64,000 bases of DNA from contig JBAZKL010000002.1 in NCBI GenBank assembly GCA_041650835.1, positions 602,435 to 666,434 on the forward strand, given 5' to 3'. Every line of letters starts with the position of its first letter. Position 1 is the first letter of the stretch. A program made the translations under genes and the position numbers. This document shows, piece by piece, positions 29,620-38,230 of the stretch. This DNA is from Candidatus Omnitrophota bacterium. GTDB lineage: Bacteria > Omnitrophota > Gorgyraeia > Gygaellales > Profunditerraquicolaceae. Below the pieces are notes generated by a model. It ran no database searches and was not told the origin of the DNA. It saw only the letters and a list, made by a program, of their open reading frames with translations.

Positions 29620-30705
29620 TTAATTATTTAAACATTCATCGACATAAAGCATCGAATTATCCGCCAAGTTTACCTGCTTGGGTTCTTTTAATTCTTTCCC
29701 ATAGGCGTCAACGATGATATTGATCGTCGGCCGAAGCGGCAGTTCAGGATTCTCCCTGATCACTAAACCGATCTCTTTAGTGTTAAGCCTGACCAGAGTC
29801 CCCATAGGAAATACCCCGATGCGCTCGATCAAAAGCTTAATGACTTTATGGTCAAAACATGACTTATTCTTTAAAATCGTCTTTATCGTTTCCAAAGGGC
29901 TGAATTTCGCGCGGTACGGCCGTTTATGGATCATCGCTTCATAAACATCGACTAATCCGACAATGCGCGCATATTCACCGATCTGCTCATCCTTAAGGCC
30001 GGCAGGATACCCTGAGCCGTCCATACGTTCATGTTCCTGGCGCACAACATCGAAGACCCGTTGGCTGAACGGGCCTCCTGACTGCTGCAGTATCTCAATT
30101 CCCGATAACGGGTGTTCTTTAACACGTTTGCTTTCTTCCTGAGATAAACAATCCGGCTTATTGATGACAGCCAAACATTTCACCATACCCAGGTCATGCA
30201 GCAAAGAGGCAACGCCCAATTCAATTACCCCGGGTTGATCAAAACGCAGCGCTATCCCCAGCTCAAGGGAAATAACGCACACATTGACCGTATGATAATA
30301 AAAATAATCCTGAACTTGAGGATAATCGATCAAAGCGCAGCGCAATAGATTCTTGCTGCCCCCTTGCAGTAAACCAACCGCTTTCTCGACCAACGGGGTG
30401 AGGCCGGCAAGAAATCCTTCTTCATATTTTAAATCGGGATTATACAATACGCGGGCTGCCGCTACAAGCTGGTCATACAACTCCACGGCCTTGGCGCCGT
30501 TAATAGAATTCAATTCTTTATGGACAGCCGCGGAAATATTGATCTTATGCGAATGAGAAGCTTGATTTTGACAGGAAGGTTCTTCACGGCCTTGCGGATG
30601 AGGGCCTCGAGCGCCTCCAAGGGGGTCCTGGCCTAACCCTAATTCAGCATCAAGGTCCTTCTTGGGCTCTTTAAGTTTTTTAAAGATATCTGATATTCTA
30701 AGCAT
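29620..30705 (-). CDS. HD-GYP domain phosphohydrolase (probable c-di-GMP phosphodiesterase)
   Basis: HDLGM and HERMDGSGYP match the HD and GYP motifs. Confidence 0.8.
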   Translation of the reverse strand: MLRISDIFKKLKEPKKDLDAELGLGQDPLGGARGPHPQGREEPSCQNQASHSHKINISAAVHKELNSINGAKAVELYDQLVAAARVLYNPDLKYEEGFLAGLTPLVEKAVGLLQGGSKNLLRCALIDYPQVQDYFYYHTVNVCVISLELGIALRFDQPGVIELGVASLLHDLGMVKCLAVINKPDCLSQEESKRVKEHPLSGIEILQQSGGPFSQRVFDVVRQEHERMDGSGYPAGLKDEQIGEYARIVGLVDVYEAMIHKRPYRAKFSPLETIKTILKNKSCFDHKVIKLLIERIGVFPMGTLVRLNTKEIGLVIRENPELPLRPTINIIVDAYGKELKEPKQVNLADNSMLYVDECLNN

Positions 30706-31540
30706 TCGTTTTGTCTACCGGGAGTTGATTGCTGAAATTCGAGGCTTCGAGGTCATCATTAATCTTGGTAATTGTTTTCTTCTCGATAACGCCCATTTCA
30801 CTGCCAAAACCAACCAATAATGCCAGATCGCAAATATTATTGATCCGCCGCGGTATGCCCCCGGAACAAAGGAATATTTCTTTATACGCGTCTTCTTCAA
30901 AGATCTGCTTTATTGCTCCCGCGATATTTAAACGGTGCAGGATATATTCTTTGACTTCCTGCTCGCTTAATGCCTTCAAATGGAAACGCACCGCCATGCG
31001 CTGGCTCAACTGAGGTAAATTCGATACCGCGTAATTGAGCTCCGGCTGGCCTAACAAAATAAGCGTCAAAAGAAAAGCGTTATCAAGTTGAAAATTCAAT
31101 AAAAGCCGCAATTCCTCGAATATCTCTTTGCTCTCGATAGCCTGGGCTTCATCGATCATGATCACGCTATGCTTGCCCATACTATGGTTTGAATACAGGA
31201 TCTTATGCAGGCAATGAAAAAGGTCGATCTTGGTCGCCAACTCTTCTCCCCCCAGCTGATGGATGATCTCACGGATGAATTCCAGACCGGACAGCCTCGG
31301 GTTAAGGATAAAAACCGACTGGTATAAATGCTCCTGTTGTAATTCCTGCCAGAGTATACGGTTCAAAAGGGTCTTCCCGCTGCCGTATTCTCCGGTAATT
31401 AAACCCGCCCCCTTACGTTCGCGCACCACATACAGCATACGCGCCAAAGCCTCTTTATGCTGCTGGGAATAATACACGAACCGCGGGTCAGGAGTATTCT
31501 CAAAGGGTTTCTCTTTTAACCCCCAATATGCTTCATACAT
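30698..31540 (-). CDS. ExeA/GspA/MshM-like AAA+ ATPase
   Basis: Walker A is GEYGSGKT and Walker B is VIMIDEAQ. The size and layout match the ExeA family. Confidence 0.75.
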   Translation of the reverse strand: MYEAYWGLKEKPFENTPDPRFVYYSQQHKEALARMLYVVRERKGAGLITGEYGSGKTLLNRILWQELQQEHLYQSVFILNPRLSGLEFIREIIHQLGGEELATKIDLFHCLHKILYSNHSMGKHSVIMIDEAQAIESKEIFEELRLLLNFQLDNAFLLTLILLGQPELNYAVSNLPQLSQRMAVRFHLKALSEQEVKEYILHRLNIAGAIKQIFEEDAYKEIFLCSGGIPRRINNICDLALLVGFGSEMGVIEKKTITKINDDLEASNFSNQLPVDKTNA

Positions 31541-31543
31541 AGT

Positions 31544-32128
31544 TTAGTTCCCGCTGACCGGGATGCCTTTTTTGCTGATGCTGACAAACGAATAATCTGT
31601 TTTGGTCTTTTCGTCGATCTGATAGCTCAAGACCCCGCGCATACCCTGCATATCCGGGGACATTTCACCGCGCCAGAAACAAACTCCTGTTTTCTCGGAA
31701 GTCTGCATAGTCTCCCAGACCACCTGATTTTCATCCTGGACCGTCAAAGTATAATTGGTGGAAGGAAATCCCTTTTTCCCGAAATTCATGAAAGAAACCT
31801 GGCTGTTCTTAAAGGAAACCGTTTCTTTTTCTTTCTTACCAGCACCGGTAAGCGGAGATAACTCGATAAGCCATTCGGTATTGTTCAATTCACCGCGCTT
31901 TTTCTCAGCCATCGCCTTTTGGTTCCTGTCAGCCGCTTCCTTGGCTTTATCAACTTTCTTTTCCACGGCTTTTTTGGCTGCGGGAGCAGCTTTTACTGCA
32001 GCAGCCGAAGACTCAACCTGAGGCGCAGCATCATCGGCCTTTTTCTTATTCCCGAACCAGGCCTGCGCGTCATTCATATAAATAAACATAAAACTTAAAA
32101 CCACCGTCACTGCTAACCCTTTTTTCAT
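31544..32128 (-). CDS. Secreted protein of unknown function with an Ala/Lys-rich low-complexity region
   Basis: A signal peptide is followed by an AAPQVESSAAAVKAAPAAKKAVEKKVDKAKE linker and a C-terminal domain. Confidence 0.5.
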   Translation of the reverse strand: MKKGLAVTVVLSFMFIYMNDAQAWFGNKKKADDAAPQVESSAAAVKAAPAAKKAVEKKVDKAKEAADRNQKAMAEKKRGELNNTEWLIELSPLTGAGKKEKETVSFKNSQVSFMNFGKKGFPSTNYTLTVQDENQVVWETMQTSEKTGVCFWRGEMSPDMQGMRGVLSYQIDEKTKTDYSFVSISKKGIPVSGN

Positions 32129-32150
32129 TTCTTCCTCCTTTAATGAAAGA

Positions 32151-33137
32151 TTAATTCATGGGCTTTTTACCTTCCCATGTCTGCCATGTTAAAATATACT
32201 TCTTGACCCAGTCGACATCTTTATCGCTGCCTTTGGTTAAACTTAAATATTTCCTGAAATGCTCTATTGCCTTCGGACGATTAACCAGGTATTCCGAATA
32301 AATGTAGCCGATATTATAATGAGACGAGGCATCTTCGGGATTTAATTCCGTTGATTTTTCGAATTCCGCGATCGCGCGCGAGAATTCCTTATTTTTGGTA
32401 TAGAAAACACCCAGGTTATAATGCATCAGCGCTGTTTCTTTTATCAAGACCTTATTTTCCCGCGCGATCTCAGCGATACGCGCCGGCAGAGCTTCCGCTT
32501 TTTTCTCAAGTGAACGGTTCTTGATGAGCGCTTCCTCATACCTGCGCTTGAATTCTTTTACCTGGCGGCGGTAGACTTCGATCTGCGCGTCACTATCGAG
32601 CTTACGCTCCTCATAACGCTTGAGTTGAGCTTCAATACCCCCGTATTTCCTCTGTAGATCTTTTTTATCATTTTGTAACCGGCCGATCTCTTTTCTTGTC
32701 TCAGGGACAACCTTATATTCAACCTCAAGTTTATCAACAGCGCTCTCCAGAGATTGTTTTTCCTGCGCCAGCAGGGTTACCCGGTCTTCCAGGTCTTTCA
32801 CGCCTTTTTTTAAAGCGGCATTTTCTTCTTCTAAGACCCTGGATGCCTCTGCCGACTGGGACTTATTCGTGTCATATGCTGATTGCAGCTTCATATTTTC
32901 TTCCTGCAATTGCTTGATCTTCACGTCTACCTCTAAATATTTCGCTTTATACTCAAGAAGATTCTTCGACTGCGCCAGGACATTATCCCGGTCAGCGACA
33001 ACTTTTTCGTATTCTTTTTTCAGCTTATCGTATTCTGTTTTAAGGTTATCCTGCGCGTAAACCCGCGGTATGAAACCGATGACCATGGCCACAATAAATA
33101 AGGTTTTTATTTTCATAGGTAAGGGATTATGCTCCAT
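32151..33137 (-). CDS. Secreted coiled-coil protein with C-terminal TPR repeats. It is a paralog of the C-terminus of the 35153-38230 protein.
   Basis: It has a signal peptide and coiled coil. The C-terminus HYNLGVFY...SHYNIGYIYSE...KAIEHFRKYLSL matches the C-terminus of the 1025-aa protein. Confidence 0.6.
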   Translation of the reverse strand: MEHNPLPMKIKTLFIVAMVIGFIPRVYAQDNLKTEYDKLKKEYEKVVADRDNVLAQSKNLLEYKAKYLEVDVKIKQLQEENMKLQSAYDTNKSQSAEASRVLEEENAALKKGVKDLEDRVTLLAQEKQSLESAVDKLEVEYKVVPETRKEIGRLQNDKKDLQRKYGGIEAQLKRYEERKLDSDAQIEVYRRQVKEFKRRYEEALIKNRSLEKKAEALPARIAEIARENKVLIKETALMHYNLGVFYTKNKEFSRAIAEFEKSTELNPEDASSHYNIGYIYSEYLVNRPKAIEHFRKYLSLTKGSDKDVDWVKKYILTWQTWEGKKPMN

Positions 33138-33138
33138 G

Positions 33139-34932
33139 TTAAAAATTCTTGACCGGTTTTAATACCGGCAAACGATCCATATCCTGTTTTACCGGTTGAT
33201 AATTCTGGTACGCCTTCAACTCTACCGGTGTATTTTCCTCGGAAAAATCCTGGTATTTCTGGTACTCTTTATCCAAGGTATGGCCAAAATCACGGTCATA
33301 ACCGGTAACAAGTTCATCGCCTTCCACGACATGAGGGGTCAATAAGATCACCAATTCCGCCCGCACCTTCTTATTGGTTTTCGTCTTAAAAGCCTCACCG
33401 ATGAACGGGATCTTGCTTAAAAACGGCGTGCCGCTGGAATCAAGGGTCTTTTCTTCTTTACTTAAACCGCCGATCAAGATACTGGAACCGTCCTTGACCA
33501 TAACGATCGTTTCCGCGGTCGATGTGTCGATTATCGGGATCTTATTCTTACTGGAAGTTTCCAGGAATGAGATAACGCTTGAGATCTCCGGTTTTATTTT
33601 AACGGTAACGAAACCATCATCATTGATCGTAGGAGTGACCATCATTTGTATACCGACATCAACATAGGTGACTGCTTCCGATACGGTCGTGCTTGTCTGC
33701 GTTTGAGTAGTTGTCGTCGTTATATAGGCCTGCCGCTCGCCGACATGGATCTTGGCTTCCTGATTGTTGACCACGGCCAGCTTCGGGTTGGAAAGTATGC
33801 GCGTTTCTCCTAAAGTCTGCAAATAATGGATAATGACGTCAAAATCATTCTTGCCGACAACGCCCAAATGGATCTCTTCGGTCGAGGTTTTCGGAGTCGA
33901 GGAGGAAAAATCAGTTGTCGTCCCGGAAAAGGGGTACGCACCGACATATCCGGTATCCTCAACGACCTCCTTGCGGGAACGCCAGGTATTGCTCGTTGCC
34001 GTCGTAGACGGGCCGACTGAACTCAAAGGAGTCGATCCAAGATACGTAGTCCCCCATCTCTTTCCGAGGTTAAACAAGCCCTCCCATTCAACGCCGGAAC
34101 CGACGGAATCGGTCAGTTTGACCTGGATGATCTTTGCGTCAATAAGTATCTGCTTGGTCTTTTTATCCAGGCTCTGTATTAAACGGCTGATATCCTCCAT
34201 GCGCTCAGGCAGGGTTTGCACGATAACCTGGTTTGTCCGCTCATCAGCTTTAATAGAGCCTAATTTCTTTACATCGATTTGAGGCTTTAATTGCTCTTCA
34301 ATGTCCTTGGCGCGGGCGTATTTCAGGTCAAAGACCATAATAACATTCTTTTTCTCCATCGCCTGCAAGGTGGCCTCCATGCTCTTGACACGCTCCGCGG
34401 TATCCATAACCAGGATAACCCCGGAATCCTGGTCCAGGAGTATCTTACCTATCTCGCTCTTAAGCGTGTTCAAAAGATTATACGCCTGTTCGGGGATCGC
34501 GTATTTTAGATTAAAGACGCGGGTGACCCTGGTATCAATAAAATTCTTGCCGTAGCGGGCCTTATATTCATTCTCGGTCATTACATTATAAATATCGCCT
34601 TTTTTCTCATACGCCAGGTTATTACTGCGCAAGATAATGTCAAAAACATCCTTGGCAGGCACATTATCGACCATAAGCGATGTCCGGCCGGAAACTTCTT
34701 TTGTAGGGATGATATTCAAACTCGCTTTTGTGGCGATATATTTCAATGCTTCGATTATTTCCATGTCCCGCAGGTCTAAAGAGATCGTTACCTTGGGAAA
34801 ATCATCGTTTATGGCAGCTGCTTCCTTTTGAAAAGGGAGCTTATCCGCGCGCTGTAACCCCTGCGCGTAAGAATTCATTATCCCGCAAAAAACGGGAATA
34901 ATCAATAAAGAATACACCTTAAATAATTTCAT
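33139..34932 (-). CDS. Secretin (GspD/PilQ/MshL family)
   Basis: Secretin_N repeats are followed by the C-terminal secretin domain ...TAETIVMVKDGSSILIGGL...PFLSKIPFIGEAF...LVILLTPHVV. Confidence 0.85.
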   Translation of the reverse strand: MKLFKVYSLLIIPVFCGIMNSYAQGLQRADKLPFQKEAAAINDDFPKVTISLDLRDMEIIEALKYIATKASLNIIPTKEVSGRTSLMVDNVPAKDVFDIILRSNNLAYEKKGDIYNVMTENEYKARYGKNFIDTRVTRVFNLKYAIPEQAYNLLNTLKSEIGKILLDQDSGVILVMDTAERVKSMEATLQAMEKKNVIMVFDLKYARAKDIEEQLKPQIDVKKLGSIKADERTNQVIVQTLPERMEDISRLIQSLDKKTKQILIDAKIIQVKLTDSVGSGVEWEGLFNLGKRWGTTYLGSTPLSSVGPSTTATSNTWRSRKEVVEDTGYVGAYPFSGTTTDFSSSTPKTSTEEIHLGVVGKNDFDVIIHYLQTLGETRILSNPKLAVVNNQEAKIHVGERQAYITTTTTQTQTSTTVSEAVTYVDVGIQMMVTPTINDDGFVTVKIKPEISSVISFLETSSKNKIPIIDTSTAETIVMVKDGSSILIGGLSKEEKTLDSSGTPFLSKIPFIGEAFKTKTNKKVRAELVILLTPHVVEGDELVTGYDRDFGHTLDKEYQKYQDFSEENTPVELKAYQNYQPVKQDMDRLPVLKPVKNF

Positions 34933-34935
34933 ATC

Positions 34936-35163
34936 TTATATGCCTAAGAGGCGCTTACGGATCAACATAAGCGAATAGCCTTCTTTGGAAAGTGCAATGA
35001 TCTGTTTAACGCGTTTATGAGCCAGGAGGCGTTCGTAATAACGCACATTACCTTTCTTAAAGGCCAGGCTCAACAGCCCCGCATCGCAATAACGGTTTAT
35101 CGTCTGTGAAGATATACCGTATAACTGTGATAACTCTTTTACCGTGATAAATTTATCTGGCAT
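34936..35163 (-). CDS. Small MerR/excisionase-type HTH DNA-binding protein. It is a paralog of the 41632-41871 protein.
   Basis: The 75-aa protein reads ITVKELSQLYGISSQTINRYCDAGLL...KKGNVRYY...EGYSL, close to the other small HTH protein. Confidence 0.65.
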   Translation of the reverse strand: MPDKFITVKELSQLYGISSQTINRYCDAGLLSLAFKKGNVRYYERLLAHKRVKQIIALSKEGYSLMLIRKRLLGI

Positions 35164-38100
35164 TTTTTAGTTCCTGATCCGCGGTCTCCCACGTAAGCAC
35201 GAACCTTCTGACCTGTTCGGCTTCGGGGTCATTGGGCGCTAACGCTAAATATTTCCTGAAATGGACGATCGCCTTCTTACGGTCATTTAATTGCTCGCTG
35301 AAGATAACGCCTAAATTATAATGGCTCTCAGCGTCATCCGGTTTTAATTCCAAGACTTTCTGGAATTCCTTGACCGCCTTATCATATTCCTGCTTCTGGG
35401 CATACATGACCCCCAGGTTATACCGTAACACGGTATTTTCCTGAGGCAATTCAGCGTACCGGTTGGTCAGTGTCTCATGCCTGTCCTTGGCCTCTTCGGT
35501 GATCTTGAAACGCTGCGTTAACTGGTCATAATTATTTTTCAAATTCTGATAATCCTCCATTAATTCCTTATATTGCTTTTCCACCTCTTCTTTATTCTTG
35601 ACCCGCTGTTCATAATCCTGGAGCTTGCGGTTATATTCTTTTGTTTTCTCAAGTAATTCGTTTTTCGAAGCCTCCAAGTCAGCCACTTTCTTAGTCATTG
35701 CGGGAGGCGGCATTCCGCCCATCTTTTCTTTATCTTTTTCTAACCGGGTGAACTGATTTTGTAAATCATTGACCTGTTCGGAAACAGCCACGTATTGATT
35801 TTTCAAGAAAGTATTTTGCTCAAGCAGCTTCTTATTTTCATCCGTTAAAAGATTCTTTTGAGCTTCCAATTCTTTAAGCTGGGAGAGATTCTGTTTTTGC
35901 TGGTTCAAGAGAGTGCTTTTTTCCTGCACGAGCTGATAAGAGAGGTCCTGAGAACTGCGCAGATCAGACTGGACTTTATTAAGCGAATCGGTAAGTGAAC
36001 GCGTATCCGCTTCTTGGAGGGATTTATATTCCCTGAACTTGTCATTAAGCTGCGCCCACTCGCCCTCTTTATGCGCTTTCACCTGCGCGATCTCGGCATC
36101 AAGGAGCGCCCTATCCTGCTCCTTATTGGTTTTTAACTTTGTGATCTGATCAAAAAGCCCGTCCCGCCCCCGTTTAAGCTCATCACATTCCTGCCGAAGC
36201 TGGGCCTTCTCTTTTTCATTCTGGGATATTTGCGCCAGCAATTGCTCGGTCTTTTGCTGGTAACTTTGGGCTTGGGCCGCTGAACCTGTTTTGAGATTTT
36301 CCGCGTCCGCAAGCCTGACCATGGCGCGCGCTAACTGTTCGGAGATCCTGGTGCGCTCCTCAAGGATAGTCAGGTTTTTCTGCATACAATCCTGATACTG
36401 CTCTTCTAAAACCGCGTTCGCGCTCTCTAACGCTTTGGTCTTAGCGCTCAACACATTCTCCTGGCTCTGATAAACCGCTTTTTCCTGGATCAATTGCCCG
36501 GAAAGCTCCTGCGCGACCTTCAGGTCCTTTTGCAGCTTACTTATCTGTTGCGCAAAAGTATTATCGCTCTGGGCTTCAGAGAGAGAAGCTTCTTTTTCCC
36601 TGCTTTCTTTGAGCTGCGCCGATAGGACAGTAATGCTGTTTTTAAGCTCATCGGCCTGTTTCTGGGCGGTTAAACGCTCCTTTTCCAACTGTTCGGATCT
36701 ATTGCGCAGCTGCGCTAATTCCTGCGATGAAATATTTTTCTGTTTACTCGTAAGGGCTTCCTGCCGCGAGAGATTGCGCTCCGCTTCAAGATGAACCAGC
36801 TTCTGGCGTAACTGCGCGATATCCCGGTCAGACCCCAGTTGCTTCTTTAACTCCTCAGCCTGCGCCGCTATCTGGTCCCGTTCAGATTCAACCTTAGCTA
36901 ACTTTGCGCGTAACTGATCCAGATCCTTGGGCGAAGACAGCTGTTTCTTTAACGCCGCCCCTTCATCCCGCAGATGGTCGCGCTCTTCCTCCAATTTCAT
37001 CACCTTGTTACGCAACACGGAAACTTCTTTTTCCGAACCCAGCTGTTTCTTTAAAACTTCAACCTGCTTCTGTAAAACATTACGGTCTTCTTCTATTGCC
37101 GCGAATTTAGAGCGCACCCGCGCGATATCATCCTCAGAGCCTATCTGCGATCTCACCGTTTTAACTTCAGACTGCAAAGAATTACGTTCTTCTTCTAATT
37201 GAGCGAATTTCTCCCGCAATTTTTCAATTTCTTTTTGAGAGACCAGTTGTTTTTTAAGGCCTGCTGCTTCCTGCTGAAGCCGGTTACGCTCTTCCTCAAG
37301 CTTTGAGGCCTTATCACGCAGAGCGTCAAAATCACGTTTCGCGATGATCTCTTTTTTCAGGCGCGCGGCATCTTCTTTTAACGTATCGCGTTCTTCTTCG
37401 ACGAGCGACAATCTTTCGCGAAGTTCTTTTGCTTCCTGAGAAGCAACCGACAGCTCCTTAAAACGGATATCTTTTTCTTTCAAATCATCCGTCAACTGCC
37501 GGCGCTCTTCCTGGAGTTCCGATACCCGCAGGCGTATCTGGTCAATATCTTTTTGCGCGACGATCTTCCTTTTCAGCGAATTTGACTCTTCCTGCAGCTG
37601 GACGCGCTCGGTCACCGCGTCTGCCAATTTATCACGCAGCGCCTCGAGTTCTTTCTGCGGCACCTGTTTTTTCTTAAGGGCGTTTAATTTAACATTAAGC
37701 TCATTGCGCTCTAATTCGACGCCGGTGAGCTTATCGCGCAGCTGTTCAATCTCTTTCCTTAACGACTGGACCTCCCCTCCTAAGACAACCCTGACTGTTT
37801 CAAGGTCACTGAGCTGCCCGGAAACATCCTTTTGTTTACTTTGAATAAATTCTTTCTCTTGGGTCAAGCGGTTGATCAATTCCTGAAAGCTCTTAAAATC
37901 ATCCTGAAGCTTGAATATCTTCTCATTCAAAGACCTGTTTTCCTGTTCCTTCAACCCGCAGAGCTCCTTAAGCTGTAAAAGCGCCTGCTGAGAGAGCAAA
38001 AGCTCATCCTTTGCTTTTTTAAGCAAATTAATAAGCTTGTCTTTGCTCAAGGCTGAATCAACGCTATCAAGATCGGCCGTGATCGCCTTGAGATCGTCTT

Positions 38101-38230
38101 TTGCCTGTGCCCGATCAAACGGTCCAGGAAAAAACGCCATAGCTGCGGATAATAGAATACTCATGCTCAAAAGCACTCCCCGTGAACCAGGTTTTCTCTT
38201 CATAGAGTCTCCGCTTAAAATTGAAATCAC
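35153..38230 (-). CDS. Giant secreted coiled-coil protein with about ten 33-aa tandem repeats and C-terminal TPR
   Basis: The 1025-aa ORF has a signal peptide and repeats of the pattern LRxKxxxLEEERNxLxxExxxLKKQLxSxKE. The C-terminal TPR is paralogous to the 32151-33137 protein. Confidence 0.65.
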   Translation of the reverse strand: MISILSGDSMKRKPGSRGVLLSMSILLSAAMAFFPGPFDRAQAKDDLKAITADLDSVDSALSKDKLINLLKKAKDELLLSQQALLQLKELCGLKEQENRSLNEKIFKLQDDFKSFQELINRLTQEKEFIQSKQKDVSGQLSDLETVRVVLGGEVQSLRKEIEQLRDKLTGVELERNELNVKLNALKKKQVPQKELEALRDKLADAVTERVQLQEESNSLKRKIVAQKDIDQIRLRVSELQEERRQLTDDLKEKDIRFKELSVASQEAKELRERLSLVEEERDTLKEDAARLKKEIIAKRDFDALRDKASKLEEERNRLQQEAAGLKKQLVSQKEIEKLREKFAQLEEERNSLQSEVKTVRSQIGSEDDIARVRSKFAAIEEDRNVLQKQVEVLKKQLGSEKEVSVLRNKVMKLEEERDHLRDEGAALKKQLSSPKDLDQLRAKLAKVESERDQIAAQAEELKKQLGSDRDIAQLRQKLVHLEAERNLSRQEALTSKQKNISSQELAQLRNRSEQLEKERLTAQKQADELKNSITVLSAQLKESREKEASLSEAQSDNTFAQQISKLQKDLKVAQELSGQLIQEKAVYQSQENVLSAKTKALESANAVLEEQYQDCMQKNLTILEERTRISEQLARAMVRLADAENLKTGSAAQAQSYQQKTEQLLAQISQNEKEKAQLRQECDELKRGRDGLFDQITKLKTNKEQDRALLDAEIAQVKAHKEGEWAQLNDKFREYKSLQEADTRSLTDSLNKVQSDLRSSQDLSYQLVQEKSTLLNQQKQNLSQLKELEAQKNLLTDENKKLLEQNTFLKNQYVAVSEQVNDLQNQFTRLEKDKEKMGGMPPPAMTKKVADLEASKNELLEKTKEYNRKLQDYEQRVKNKEEVEKQYKELMEDYQNLKNNYDQLTQRFKITEEAKDRHETLTNRYAELPQENTVLRYNLGVMYAQKQEYDKAVKEFQKVLELKPDDAESHYNLGVIFSEQLNDRKKAIVHFRKYLALAPNDPEAEQVRRFVLTWETADQELKNAR
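36730..37740 (-). repeat. Intragenic tandem repeat with a period of about 99 bp (about 10 diverged units) that encodes the 33-aa coiled-coil repeats
   Basis: The unit recurs about every 99-102 bp, with the cagctgtttctttaa/ccagttgttttttaa motif at about 36838, 36941, 37040, 37242 and 37343. Confidence 0.6.
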
